This document shows, piece by piece, positions 17,829-27,272 of a stretch of DNA of 64,000 bases (position 1 is the stretch's first letter; each line of letters opens with the position of its first letter). The stretch is from Nitrospirota bacterium (GTDB taxonomy: Bacteria; Nitrospirota; JACRHJ01). The position numbers were made by a program, and so were the translations under genes. The notes beneath the pieces were generated by a model that was given only the letters and a program-made list of their open reading frames with translations, was not told the origin of the DNA and did no database searches. The stretch spans positions 2,467 through 66,466 of the forward strand of contig CAVTDB010000020.1 of assembly GCA_963733375.1 (NCBI GenBank). The letters are read 5' to 3'.

Positions 17829-17957
17829 TTTGCGACAAGCGGAGATTGCTGCATTAGCAAAAAGGTTCATTGATTTAAAGGGAGTTCGCTAAGTGGCTTT
17901 TTGTGTCGCGACAGATGTCGCGATAATGTCGCAACATGGCTGAATATTGCGACGCAG
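17829..17957. repeat. phased palindromic repeat array (TGTCGCGACA-type): candidate operator or transposase-binding sites
   Basis: TGTCGCGACA (17904-17913, perfect palindrome), TGTCGCGATA (17916-17925) and TGTCGCAACA (17927-17936), spaced 11-12 bp apart. Half-sites TGCGACA (17831-17837) and TGCGACG (17948-17954). Lies 90-215 bp upstream of the transposase start. Confidence 0.6.
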
Positions 17958-18401
17958 GGTTTTAAAGGCTAATCGGCAAAAGGCAAAAAAAATAAATAGG
18001 TTGGCGAGTTATGAGGGCATGACAAAATCTCAAACCAAATGGCAGGAACTGACCCGAAATGGCCGGTCAATCTCGCGCTTAAAAAATCCACGCAAGAGGC
18101 CAGTGAATTTGTTTATTCCCAAAGAGGCAACTCATTTTATCTAATGAAATCTTATTGCGCCTGATGAAATTCCCAAATGATTTCAAAATAATGCCAATTA
18201 AATTCCAGTATGGTTTTGGGAGGGTTTTGGGATGGTTTTTTGAGAGCGAGTTGTCGAGATTTCAAAGACTTCAATCTCACCCCCCCTGTCAATTTATATC
18301 CATAAAAGTGGAAGCGGCGTCATTCTATAGGGTTTTTCCCGGTTTGTTAATTAATTTCTTTTAAGAAGTATGTAGTTTGCTTCACAGGGTTGTGTAACAG
18401 C

Positions 18402-19757
18402 TTACCCAATCCCGTAATCCTTTATCTTTGTCAGGAGAGTTTTGTAGCTCACCCCCAAAAGCTCCGAGGCCCGGCTTTTGTTCCCGCCGCAGGAGCGAAG
18501 GACCCCCTTTATCGCCTCTATCTCGGCGGCCTTTGCCGCAAGCGAGGCCGTCCTCTGGAGTCCGCCGGACGTCTCTTCATCCGTGCGCGCCGTCCGGCCC
18601 AGGTCCTCCAGCCCTATCTCGTCCGTGTCCGCGATTATGACCGCCCTCTCGATGCAGTTCTCCAGTTCCCGCACGTTCCCCTTCCACTCCATGTGCGAAA
18701 GCGCGTCTATTGCTTCACTCGAAAACTGAAGACGTCCTTTATTCAGCTCCGTCCCGTATATTTTCAGGAAATGCTTTGCAAGCAGAGGTATATCTTCCCG
18801 CCTCTCGCGGAGCGGCGGGATATGCACCGGGAACACGTTCAGGCGGTAGTACAGGTCTTCCCGGAACTTGCCCTCCGAGACGGCCCTGTTAAGGTCCCTG
18901 TTGCTGGCCGCGGCGACCCGGACGTCCACCGAAAAAGGCTCGGCGCCCCCCACGCGCTCTATCATCTCGCCCTGGAGCGCCCGGAGGAGCTTCGCCTGGA
19001 GGATAGGGTCCATCTCTCCCACCTCGTCCAGGAAAAGCGTCCCCTTGTCCGCCAGCTCGAACTTGCCCATCCGTCTTGCGTCGGCCCGGTGAAGGAGCCC
19101 TTCTCGTGCCCGAACAGCTCGGATTCAAGGAGGTCCTTCGGGATCGCGGCGCAGTTGACCGCCACGAACGGGTTGTCCTTCCTGGGCGAGAGGTGGTGCA
19201 GGGCCTTGGCAAAAAGCTCCTTGCCCGTGCCCGACTCGCCGGTTATCAGGACCGTCGCCCTGGTCGGCGCGGCCTTCTTCAGGAGTTCGAGCGCGTCCAT
19301 GAGCGGCTTGCTTTTTCCGACAAGCTTCGGAAACGACAGCTCCTGGGCGAATTCCTCCCTGCAGCACGAGGTTATCCGCCGCCAGCTTCCCGCTCTCCAG
19401 GGCCTTTTCCACCAGCGCAAGCATATGCGAGATGTCGAACGGCTTGGTCAGGAAGTCGTACGCGCCCGCCTTTACCGCCTTGACCGCCGTCTCTATGCTC
19501 CCGAACGCGGTCATCATTATGACCGGCAGCAGGGGCTTCTTCTCCTTGAGGGTCTTCAACACCTGAAGGCCGCTCATGCCGGGGAGCTTCAGGTCGGTCA
19601 GCACCAGGTCCGCGCCTTCCCGGAGCACTCTGGCTACTCCCTCCTCGCCCGTCCCGGACGTCAGGGCATGGTAGCCTTCGGCCTCGAAGGTCTTGGCGAG
19701 CATCTCCGCCATCGACTTCTTGTCCTCTATAATCAGTATCCTGAACTTCTCCGCCAT
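18402..19757 (-). CDS. sigma54-dependent NtrC-family response regulator (REC-AAA+-Fis HTH), two frame breaks
   Basis: REC domain ([15 protein letters not shown]...[14 protein letters not shown]...MMTAFGS), [13 protein letters not shown](A) and a C-terminal HTH. The breaks fall at C/G runs, about 19357-19359 and 19085-19087. The kinase gene lies immediately upstream. Proximity to the pil genes suggests it could be PilR-like; that is inference only. Confidence 0.85.
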
Positions 19758-19765
19758 CGCCGCTC

Positions 19766-21645
19766 CTACGATTCGGCCTTTACCGGAAGATAAATCGAAA
19801 ATACCGCTCCGCCCTGTTTCGGACGTCTTTGCCAGTTACCCTGCCGCCATGATAGACGATTATCTTTTGCACGAGCGCGAGTCCAAGCCCGGTGCCCTGG
19901 ACTTGGTAGTGAAGAACGGGGTAAAAATTTTCCCGGCGGTGGATGGGTCGAAGTCCGTGGCCCGTATCCTTGAACTCCAGCCTTACGTACTTCCTGCCCT
20001 GAGATTTCGCGCCGTCGCCCTTATCCACCTGCGCGCTGACCGCGAGCGTCCCGCCGTCGTTCATCGCCTCGTATGGGTTTTTGATGAGGTTTATAAATGC
20101 CTGCCTGAGGAGCACCGCGTCGCCTTCGAGCGCGGCGGAAGGCTTCCCGTCCGCCGCAGCTCCCGGTTTACTCCAGCAGCGATGTTCCCGAAGCGCGCGG
20201 AAAGAATCGTCCAGGAGTCGGCGGGAGTTCCACCCGTGTAACATTTAGTTCCGTCGGCTGGGAAAAGTTCAAAAACTCCCGGATTATCTCGTCCATCACC
20301 TTTATCTCCTGGCCTGGATGTTCTTCACCGTTTCAAGCGATCGGGCGTCGTCCGCTTTAGCGTTCCTTGCCAGGAAGCTCGGCGTACCCGGATATAACTC
20401 CCATCGGGTTCCTCAGCTCATGGGCAATCCCCGCGGACATCTCGCCAAGGACGGCTATCCTCTCTTTCAGCTCCATCATCTCCCGGAGCTCTTTTACCTC
20501 CGTGATGTCCGTGAACACGAGTATCGCGCCGCCGGGCGTCCCTTCGCGAAATAGCGGAGATATGCCCACGCCTATCCACCGCTTCCCCGCGGGCGTGTTG
20601 ATTTCGCCTTCCGCCCTCTTCTGGCCCAGACCTCCCTTTAACGTTTTCTCCACCAGGGACGATAGCCAGTTCCGGTCCCGAACAGCGCCGGATAACGGCC
20701 TCCCGTCAGGGCGTTTCCGTATGCCGGGCAGGAAACGTGTCCGCCCGAGAATCGCCCCGGCCGCATCGTTGGCGGTGACTACCGTCCCGCCCAGCGTCAA
20801 ACGTAATAACGCCGCTCTGGATGTTCTTGAGGATGCTCTCGCTCTAGCTCTCGGCGCTCCTCGCGCGCTCCTCGGCCCTGTCCCTCAGCTCGCTCAGCTC
20901 CTTCTCTTTCTCCTTCAGCGATGGCGATGGTAAGCTGGAACGTATCCATGACGAACGAGATGTCGTCCCGGCTTTGGGGTCTTACATGACCGGGGCGCCT
21001 TTCGCCATCTGCAGGAGTCTCTTCTGGGAACAGGCGAGCGTCTTCACGACATATACCCCGGCCAGGAACAGAAAGACGGCGGACATCGACTTCAGAGCGA
21101 AATAAATCGTGCTCTGCTGGGTCAGGTCTTTTATATACCCCGCGTCGATCGCGGCCTCGCCAACCGCGACCATCCTGCCGAGCGGGTCTTTTACGGGAAA
21201 ATAAACCGACCGGAGCCTTGAATTTCCGCTATCTGTAAATCGGCGAGAGTTCGACGCTCCCGCGCCCGACCACGTTAAATTCCTGCGGGGTAATCCCCTG
21301 TAGGACGAACTGCTCCCCCCGGAGCTTCTTCCCGGATCGGTCGATTATGACCCGGCCGTCCGAGTCCAGGATTATCAGATGGGACAGCGACTCCTGGAGC
21401 GACAACGAATACAGGTGCGAAGGGTCCTTAAGGGATTCGGGATAGTGGTCGCTGACCGCCCTGGAGACGATCTCCGAAATATTCAGAAGCCTCTTGTCCA
21501 TCTCCTTTTCAAGATATTTTCTTGTCCTGGAGACGAGCGAGAGGCTGCTGATTGTCAGGACTATGAGCAGCACCGCGAAAAAAGGCGTCGCGGCCTTTAT
21601 AAGGCCCTCAAGCGGAAAGCCGTTCCTGGATTTCATAACGCTCAT
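19766..21645 (-). CDS. sensor histidine kinase (TM-sensor, PAS, HisKA, HATPase_c), at least 4 frame breaks
   Basis: Fragments are 21229-21645 (TM plus periplasmic part), 20982-21173 (second TM), 20357-20800 (PAS plus H-box EMSAGIAHELRNP) and 19780-20244 (GTGLGLALV G2 box). The true C-terminus ...GGAVFSIYLPVKAES ends at TAG 19766-19768. Confidence 0.75.
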
Positions 21646-21697
21646 TTTCGTCCCTTAATTCCAGGCGCGCCGTTCGGCGCGCCCTGCACCCGCCCTG

Positions 21698-22471
21698 CTA
21701 TTTCTCCGGCCTCTGGAGGCTCTTGATAAAAGGCGAAAGGAGGTCTATCGGAAGCGGCAATATCAGCGTCGAGTTCTTGTCTCCCGAAACCGTAAGCACG
21801 GTCTGAAGGAACCGAAGCTGCAGCGCGGCCGGCTCGGTCTGGATGATCTTGGCCGCGTCCGCGAGTTTCTGGGCGGCCTGGAACTCGCCTTCCGCGTTTA
21901 TGACCTTCGCGCGCCGCTCCCTCTCCGCCTCGGCCTGCTTGGCAATCGCCCTCTGCATGTTCTCCGGGAGGTCCACGTTCTTCACTTCCACGTTAGTGAC
22001 CTTTACCCCCCAGGGCTCCGTCTGCTGGTCGATTATCTTCTGGAGCTCCACGTTTATCTCGTCGCGCTTGCTTAAGAGGTCGTCCAGGTTGGATTGGCCC
22101 AGGACGCTTCTCAAGGTGGTCTGGGAGATCTGGGAAGTGGCGAAGTAGAAATCCTCGACCTCGATTATCGCCTTGCGCGGTTCCAGTACCTTGAAATAGA
22201 TTACCGCGCCCACCTTCACCGTGACGTTGTCCCTGGTGATGATGTCCTGGGAAGGCACGTCCATCGTCACCGTCCGAAGGCTCACGCGCACCGCCTTCTG
22301 GACCGCCGGGAGGACGATTATTACCCCCGGCCCCCTGACGCCGTTCACCGGGTCCACTCGCCCCAGAGTGAACATGACCGCCCTTTCATACTCCTTCAGT
22401 ATCTTTATGGAGTTTATTATTATCAGGACCACTATTGCTACGGCTATCGCAACCCCCGAGATTCCGTACAT
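21698..22471 (-). CDS. SPFH/band-7 (stomatin-like) protein
   Basis: 257 aa with an N-terminal TM helix and the PHB domain ([12 protein letters not shown]...[22 protein letters not shown]). Paired with nfeD upstream. Confidence 0.9.
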   Translation of the reverse strand: MYGISGVAIAVAIVVLIIINSIKILKEYERAVMFTLGRVDPVNGVRGPGVIIVLPAVQKAVRVSLRTVTMDVPSQDIITRDNVTVKVGAVIYFKVLEPRKAIIEVEDFYFATSQISQTTLRSVLGQSNLDDLLSKRDEINVELQKIIDQQTEPWGVKVTNVEVKNVDLPENMQRAIAKQAEAERERRAKVINAEGEFQAAQKLADAAKIIQTEPAALQLRFLQTVLTVSGDKNSTLILPLPIDLLSPFIKSLQRPEK

Positions 22472-22485
22472 TAGTTCTCCTCCTA

Positions 22486-23775
22486 TTATTTCTGTTTTCC
22501 CACCTTCAGCCGGAGTCCCACCACCTCCAGCACCCTGACCTTTTCGTCAACCGCCACCGGCTCGTCCGATGACGCGCGCCAGTGCGCGCCATCGAGGAAG
22601 ACGTCTCCCTCCCCGCCGGCCGGTATCTCCGTCCGCGCCGTCCCGACCATCCCGACCAGCTTATCCTTCCCGGTGGTATGTCCGTACCGGCGGGATTTAA
22701 GCCCCGCCCGGACCAGGATAAAAAAGAAGCCGGAGAGGATAAGCACCGACGGCGCGAGCACCTTCAGCGATATCCGCATGTACGGGAGCGGCGAATCGAT
22801 GAGCATCAGCGAGCCGAGCACGAGGGATATTACGCCGCCTATGGTGAGCATCCCGTAGCTGGGTATTTTTATCTCCGCGACGAACATGATGATAGCCAGC
22901 GCTATAAGCAGCACGCCGGCATAATTTACGGGGAGCGTCTGGAACGCATAGAAAGCGAGCACCAACGAGATGCCGCCTATGATGCCCGGCAGGATAAGCC
23001 CCGGGTTGGACAGCTCGAAGAAAAGACCTATAATCCCGGCGAGCATCAGGACGTAGGCGATGTTCGGGTCTGTTATCACCGCGAGTATTTTCAGCCTGCT
23101 GCCGGGTTCGATGTTCTCCACCAGCGCGTCCTTCGTATGCAGGACCACCAGGCCGCTGGCCGTCCTTACTTGCCGCCCGTCCAGCTTGTTAAGGAGGTCC
23201 GGCACGCCGTCCGCGACCAGGTCCGCGACATGCTTCTTTACCGCGTCCTCATCCGAGATGGATACGCTTTCGCGTACGGCCTGCTCCGCCCAGTCCGCGT
23301 TCCTCCCGTAGCGGTCCGCAAGGCTGCGGATATATGCCGCCGAGTCGTTCTCCACTTTCGCCGCCATCTCCTTGGAGAGGCTTCCTCCGCCCATCAGCAC
23401 CGGGTGGGCCGCCCCGATATTGGTCCCCGGCGCCATCGCGGCCACGGGCGAGGCGAGGAAGATAAATACGCCAGCCGACGCCGCGCGCGCGCCGGACGGC
23501 CCTACATAGGTAATTACGGGAATCGGAGATGCGAGTATGGTCTTGACGATCTTCCTCATCGAGGCGTCCAGGCCGCCTGGCGTATCGAGCATGATCACCA
23601 GCGCCTCCGCATGGCTGGCGGAAGCGTCCCGGACGGCCTTCTCCACGAACTCCGCCGTTACCGGGTTTATCACCCCGTCCACTTCCGCCACCTTGACCAG
23701 CGGCCTCGGCCCAGAGGCGGAAGCCGCCGCGCAGAAGGTTATCAGAAATAAAATAGCTATGGTTAATTTTTTCAC
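22486..23775 (-). CDS. nfeD: NfeD-family membrane-bound ClpP-class serine protease
   Basis: 429 aa: signal peptide, ClpP-like domain (LDTPGGL...ASAGVFI), multi-TM middle and a C-terminal OB-fold NfeD domain. Classic nfeD-stomatin pair. Confidence 0.9.
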   Translation of the reverse strand: MKKLTIAILFLITFCAAASASGPRPLVKVAEVDGVINPVTAEFVEKAVRDASASHAEALVIMLDTPGGLDASMRKIVKTILASPIPVITYVGPSGARAASAGVFIFLASPVAAMAPGTNIGAAHPVLMGGGSLSKEMAAKVENDSAAYIRSLADRYGRNADWAEQAVRESVSISDEDAVKKHVADLVADGVPDLLNKLDGRQVRTASGLVVLHTKDALVENIEPGSRLKILAVITDPNIAYVLMLAGIIGLFFELSNPGLILPGIIGGISLVLAFYAFQTLPVNYAGVLLIALAIIMFVAEIKIPSYGMLTIGGVISLVLGSLMLIDSPLPYMRISLKVLAPSVLILSGFFFILVRAGLKSRRYGHTTGKDKLVGMVGTARTEIPAGGEGDVFLDGAHWRASSDEPVAVDEKVRVLEVVGLRLKVGKQK

Positions 23776-24472
23776 GGGTTTATTATTATGTTGGCTTTCG
23801 TTTTTAAATCCCGCAGGTACTCGTCAAGCTTCTTGTCCGTCCTTTGCTCCGTGATGAGCCGCTTTATCTCGGGCTCCGCCTCTGCAAAATCCCTGGCTCC
23901 GAAATCCTTTTTATGCTCCTCGTAATAGTTTTTCTCCTCGTCCGGCGTCACCAGGATAAAAGCCCTTATCCTCCTGTCCACGTATTTTATCACAAGTATC
24001 TGGTCGCGCAGATTATCTTTCAGCTCGTCCTGGGTAATTTCTTCCCTTTGCAGCGACTCTTCAAAGGATTTTTCATCGGGATACCTGCTTTTCACCTTCA
24101 TGAAGGCCTGCTCGACTTCCTCCGGCGTGACCTGCGCGAGGTTGAACTTGTGGGCTTCGTCGATAAGGAGCGCCCGGTTAATCAGGGAGTCCAGCGCGGC
24201 CTTCCGGAGCGCGCTTTCGTCTTTCCCGGCTCCAGAGGCTTCCGTCTTCTCCACCTGGACCGCCCGGTCCACATCGCTCATCGTTATCACGTGGTCGTTC
24301 ACCACGGCGTCAACCTTGTCCAGGACATAGGCCGAACACACGCCCTCACCCACCGGCAGGAGCCGGCCCCCCCTCCCCACGGGTGGGGAGGGTAATAAGG
24401 AAGAGGCCACTTTAGGGCGAGCGGTGAAAAAGATGCCACGGAAAGGATTATGAGGAATAGAAGTTTCTTCAT
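23772..24472 (-). CDS. SurA N-terminal-domain periplasmic chaperone-like protein (one frame break)
   Basis: The signal peptide MKKLLFLIILSVASF starts at 24472 (TGATG overlap with the bamA stop) but is in a different frame from 23772-24410 (DKVDAVVNDHVITMSDVDRAV...LINRALLIDEA). The break must lie in 24300-24410, probably at the C7 run 24367-24373. Confidence 0.65.
24371..24392. repeat. perfect 10-bp GC palindrome (CCCTCCCCAC-gg-GTGGGGAGGG)
   Basis: Read directly from the sequence. It lies inside the 5' part of the surA-like gene, abutting the C7 run. Confidence 0.8.
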
Positions 24473-27272
24473 CAGAAAGCTTCTCCCAGGGTGAAGTGCA
24501 GTTCGCCTATCGATTCGCCCGGACGCCTGTTGACCTTAAACCCGTAGTCCAGCCGGAGCGGCCCGACAGGCGTCTGATACCTTATTCCGAGGCCAGCGCC
24601 GTAACGGAGGCCTTTCGTGCTGGAACTCGTGACGTTCAGCGTCTGGACGGGGCCGGCGCCGGTGGGCTTGACGTTCTTGTTCAAAAGCCATGCGTTGCCT
24701 GCGTCAAGGAACGTCACCAGGCCGAAATTATACGGCAACGGGAAACGAAGTTCCGCATTGAAGATTGCCATAGTGTCGCCGCCGACGGGGTGTTTTAGCT
24801 TGTTCAGGGGCGCGACGCTCTCGTAGCTATACCCGCGCAGGCTGCTTGCGCCGCCGATGAAGAACCTCTCGGAGATGGGTATATCCATTACTGGCGCAAG
24901 AGAGCTTGCTATACCGCCGCGAGCTGAAAAGCCGGCGATTATGCCCTTGTAAACTGGGAAATACCAGCTAGTCTGGGCGGTGGCCTTAAGCATGTTCGTG
25001 GTAGAGCCGAAGTATGTGCTGGCGTATTTGAGGATCACGGCGTGTAAAGAGCCTGTCGTCGGATTGAAGGGGTTGTCCCTGTAGTCGAAAATGACGGACG
25101 GGATGACGCTTGCGAGGCTGGACTTGTTCAAGTCCTCCGGGTTAAGCGCGACCCCTGGCGCGATAGTTGCTGAATTTTACCCGTTCGTACTGGTAATTCA
25201 AGGAGGAGGTGATATGGTCTCCGAAGGTCTTGTAAAAGCCGGTAACACCGATATAGTCGAGGATGTGGTAATTCGGCTTGTCCGCATTCAGATAAACAAG
25301 GCTGGTCTGGTAGTTGAGGTGAAAGCCCATAAACCACGGCCACTTGTATGTGGCGACGGCCTTGGTCTGTTTAAAACTCTCATCGCCCCGGAGCGATATC
25401 GAATGGCCCAGACCAAACAGGTCTACATAACCGATTTGCGCGAAGCCCCTGAGCCTGTCCCAGTCCCCGTACCCGCCGCCGAACTCCACCCTGCCCGCGT
25501 CCCGCTCCCGGACGCTCACCAGCAGGTCTTTGGACGACTCCACCTTCTCCGGGTCCACCGGCTTAATCCGGACCTGGCTGAAGAATCCCAGCTGGTATAT
25601 CTTCTGCTGGCTCCGCAGTATCTTCTCGTAATCGAAAGGCTCCCCCGTTTTGAAAAGCAGCTCCCGGAGGACGACCTTGTCCTTCGCCGCCTCGTTCCCG
25701 CTCAGGATTATCTTCCCGATTTTTACGGGCTCCCCCTGTTTTATCGCATACGACAGGTTAACTCCCCGGCCCTCGTCCACGAACTCCTGCTTGGTATCCA
25801 TCGTCGCGCCGATGTAGCCGGCCTCCGAGAACTGATTAAGGATATTGTTCTGGTCGGCTTTTACCTGCTGGGGGTTGAAAGGCTCGCCCACCTTCTGCTT
25901 TATGGCCGCCTCCACCTTTTTTCCTGGCACGCCGTCGCCGTCTATTATCTCACGGGACAAAACGTAAGTCCTGGGGCCTTCGGTAATAGCGAACGTGACG
26001 TCGGCCTTGGTGTCTTTGTCCGTGAATTTAATCGGCGCAGGGCTGTACCTGCGCCTTCAGGAACCCTTCCGATTCGTACAGGTTCCGTATCCGCTCCGCG
26101 TCCTGTTTTACGGCGTCGTCCGTTACCCGATATTTAAAAAATATGCCGGACTCGCGAAGCTCCATCGCTTTCTTTATGCGGTCGGATTTAAGGGTCTCGT
26201 TGCCGGTAAGGATAATATGCTCCAGCTTTGTCCGCGGCCCTTCTTTTATGACGAAGGTTACTGTCACGGACGGCGGGGCGGCGGCTTCCTCCATCCTCGA
26301 CGTGACCTTGACGAAATAGAAGCCTTCCTTTTTGTAGTAGTCCTGGAGCTTGTCGAGGTTTTCCGAGACGCTGTCTTCGCTTACGTCCCTGTCGTCCCAG
26401 AAGGTAAGGACCTTCTTCAGCTTCTTCTTCGAGAGCTTGATCGTTCCCTTCGAAATCCACCGCCAGCTTCGGCCCCGCTTTTACCTTGAAATCCACCTCC
26501 GCCTTATCGCCGGAAACGGTTACCTTGGGCGCCACCTCCGCCTTCACGTAATCCTCCTTCACGTAATAGTCGGAGAGTGCGGTGACTGCATTTTCAAGGT
26601 CGTCTTTCCGGAGCCTCTTCCCCTTTTTTATATTGTCCTTCTTCGCCTTTTTAAGGAGGTCTTCCTCCGGCAGGCCAGGCTCTCCGACGATGCGCACCTC
26701 GCTTATTATCGTAGGCGGCCCTTCCTGGATATGCACCACAAGCTCCGCCGTCAGCGGGCTTAGCTCTTTCGGCTCAAGGCTGACCTGTGCATGGGGAAAC
26801 CCTTCGTCATGGTAAAACTTCAGCACCGCCTCCGTGGAAGCCTTAACCTGGCGGGACTCTATGAAATCGCCCTCCTTCAAGGTCATCCTGGGGGCAATCT
26901 TTTTCTTTGAGAGCAGGTCGTTCCCCTCAAACCTGATTTTCGATATCCGTAATTTCGGGATGAGACGGAACGTGATTATCGTCCCTTCGGGAGTGTCCCT
27001 GCCTTCGGCGATGATGTTCTTGAAAAGCCCTTTCAGGTACAGGAGTTTTATCGAATCGCGCACCAGCCGCAAAGAGAGCGGGCCTCCCTGCCCTTACCTC
27101 CACCAGCTGGTCTATGCCCGTGGGCAGTTTTCCGGGATAATCGAATAATACCGCCGCGACCTTCCCCCTTTGCGGCGCGGCCTCCCGGGCCGGGGCGGCC
27201 TCGGCCGGCGGCATGTCCCGAAAGGGCGATGAGGACGAGGAAGCAGAGGATGGGCCGGAGAATTTTTCTCAT
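24472..27272 (-). CDS. bamA: outer membrane protein assembly factor BamA, at least 5 frame breaks
   Basis: Signal peptide at 27272 (MRKILRPILCFLVLIALSGHA). POTRA repeats in 26188-27072 and 25142-25960. Beta-barrel in 24472-25131, ending ...GELHFTLGEAF. ATGA overlap with the tamB stop. Confidence 0.85.

Larger units (their letters stand above)
14543..18390 (-). mobile_element. remnant of a Mu-like transposable element or prophage early region (A, B, wHTH gene, repeat-rich end)
   Basis: An A-B-small gene operon plus an upstream repeat-rich non-coding arm. The left limit is set where paralog homology resumes (14542). The right limit is guessed at ...TTGCTTCACA (18379-18388). I could find no matching second end, so the boundaries are provisional. 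Confidence 0.45.

Noticed and set aside
17947-18364. Two small plus-strand ORFs (65 and 69 aa) as candidate Mu-type repressor or Ner genes
   Set aside because: They have non-ATG starts, no RBS and no HTH pattern, and their composition is odd. They look like chance ORFs in AT-rich DNA.
18390-19793. 467-aa plus-strand ORF covering the whole NtrC-type regulator locus
   Set aside because: It is antisense to a gene with clear domain content. Its Arg/Pro/Leu-rich composition is typical of shadow ORFs in GC-rich DNA, and it has no motif.
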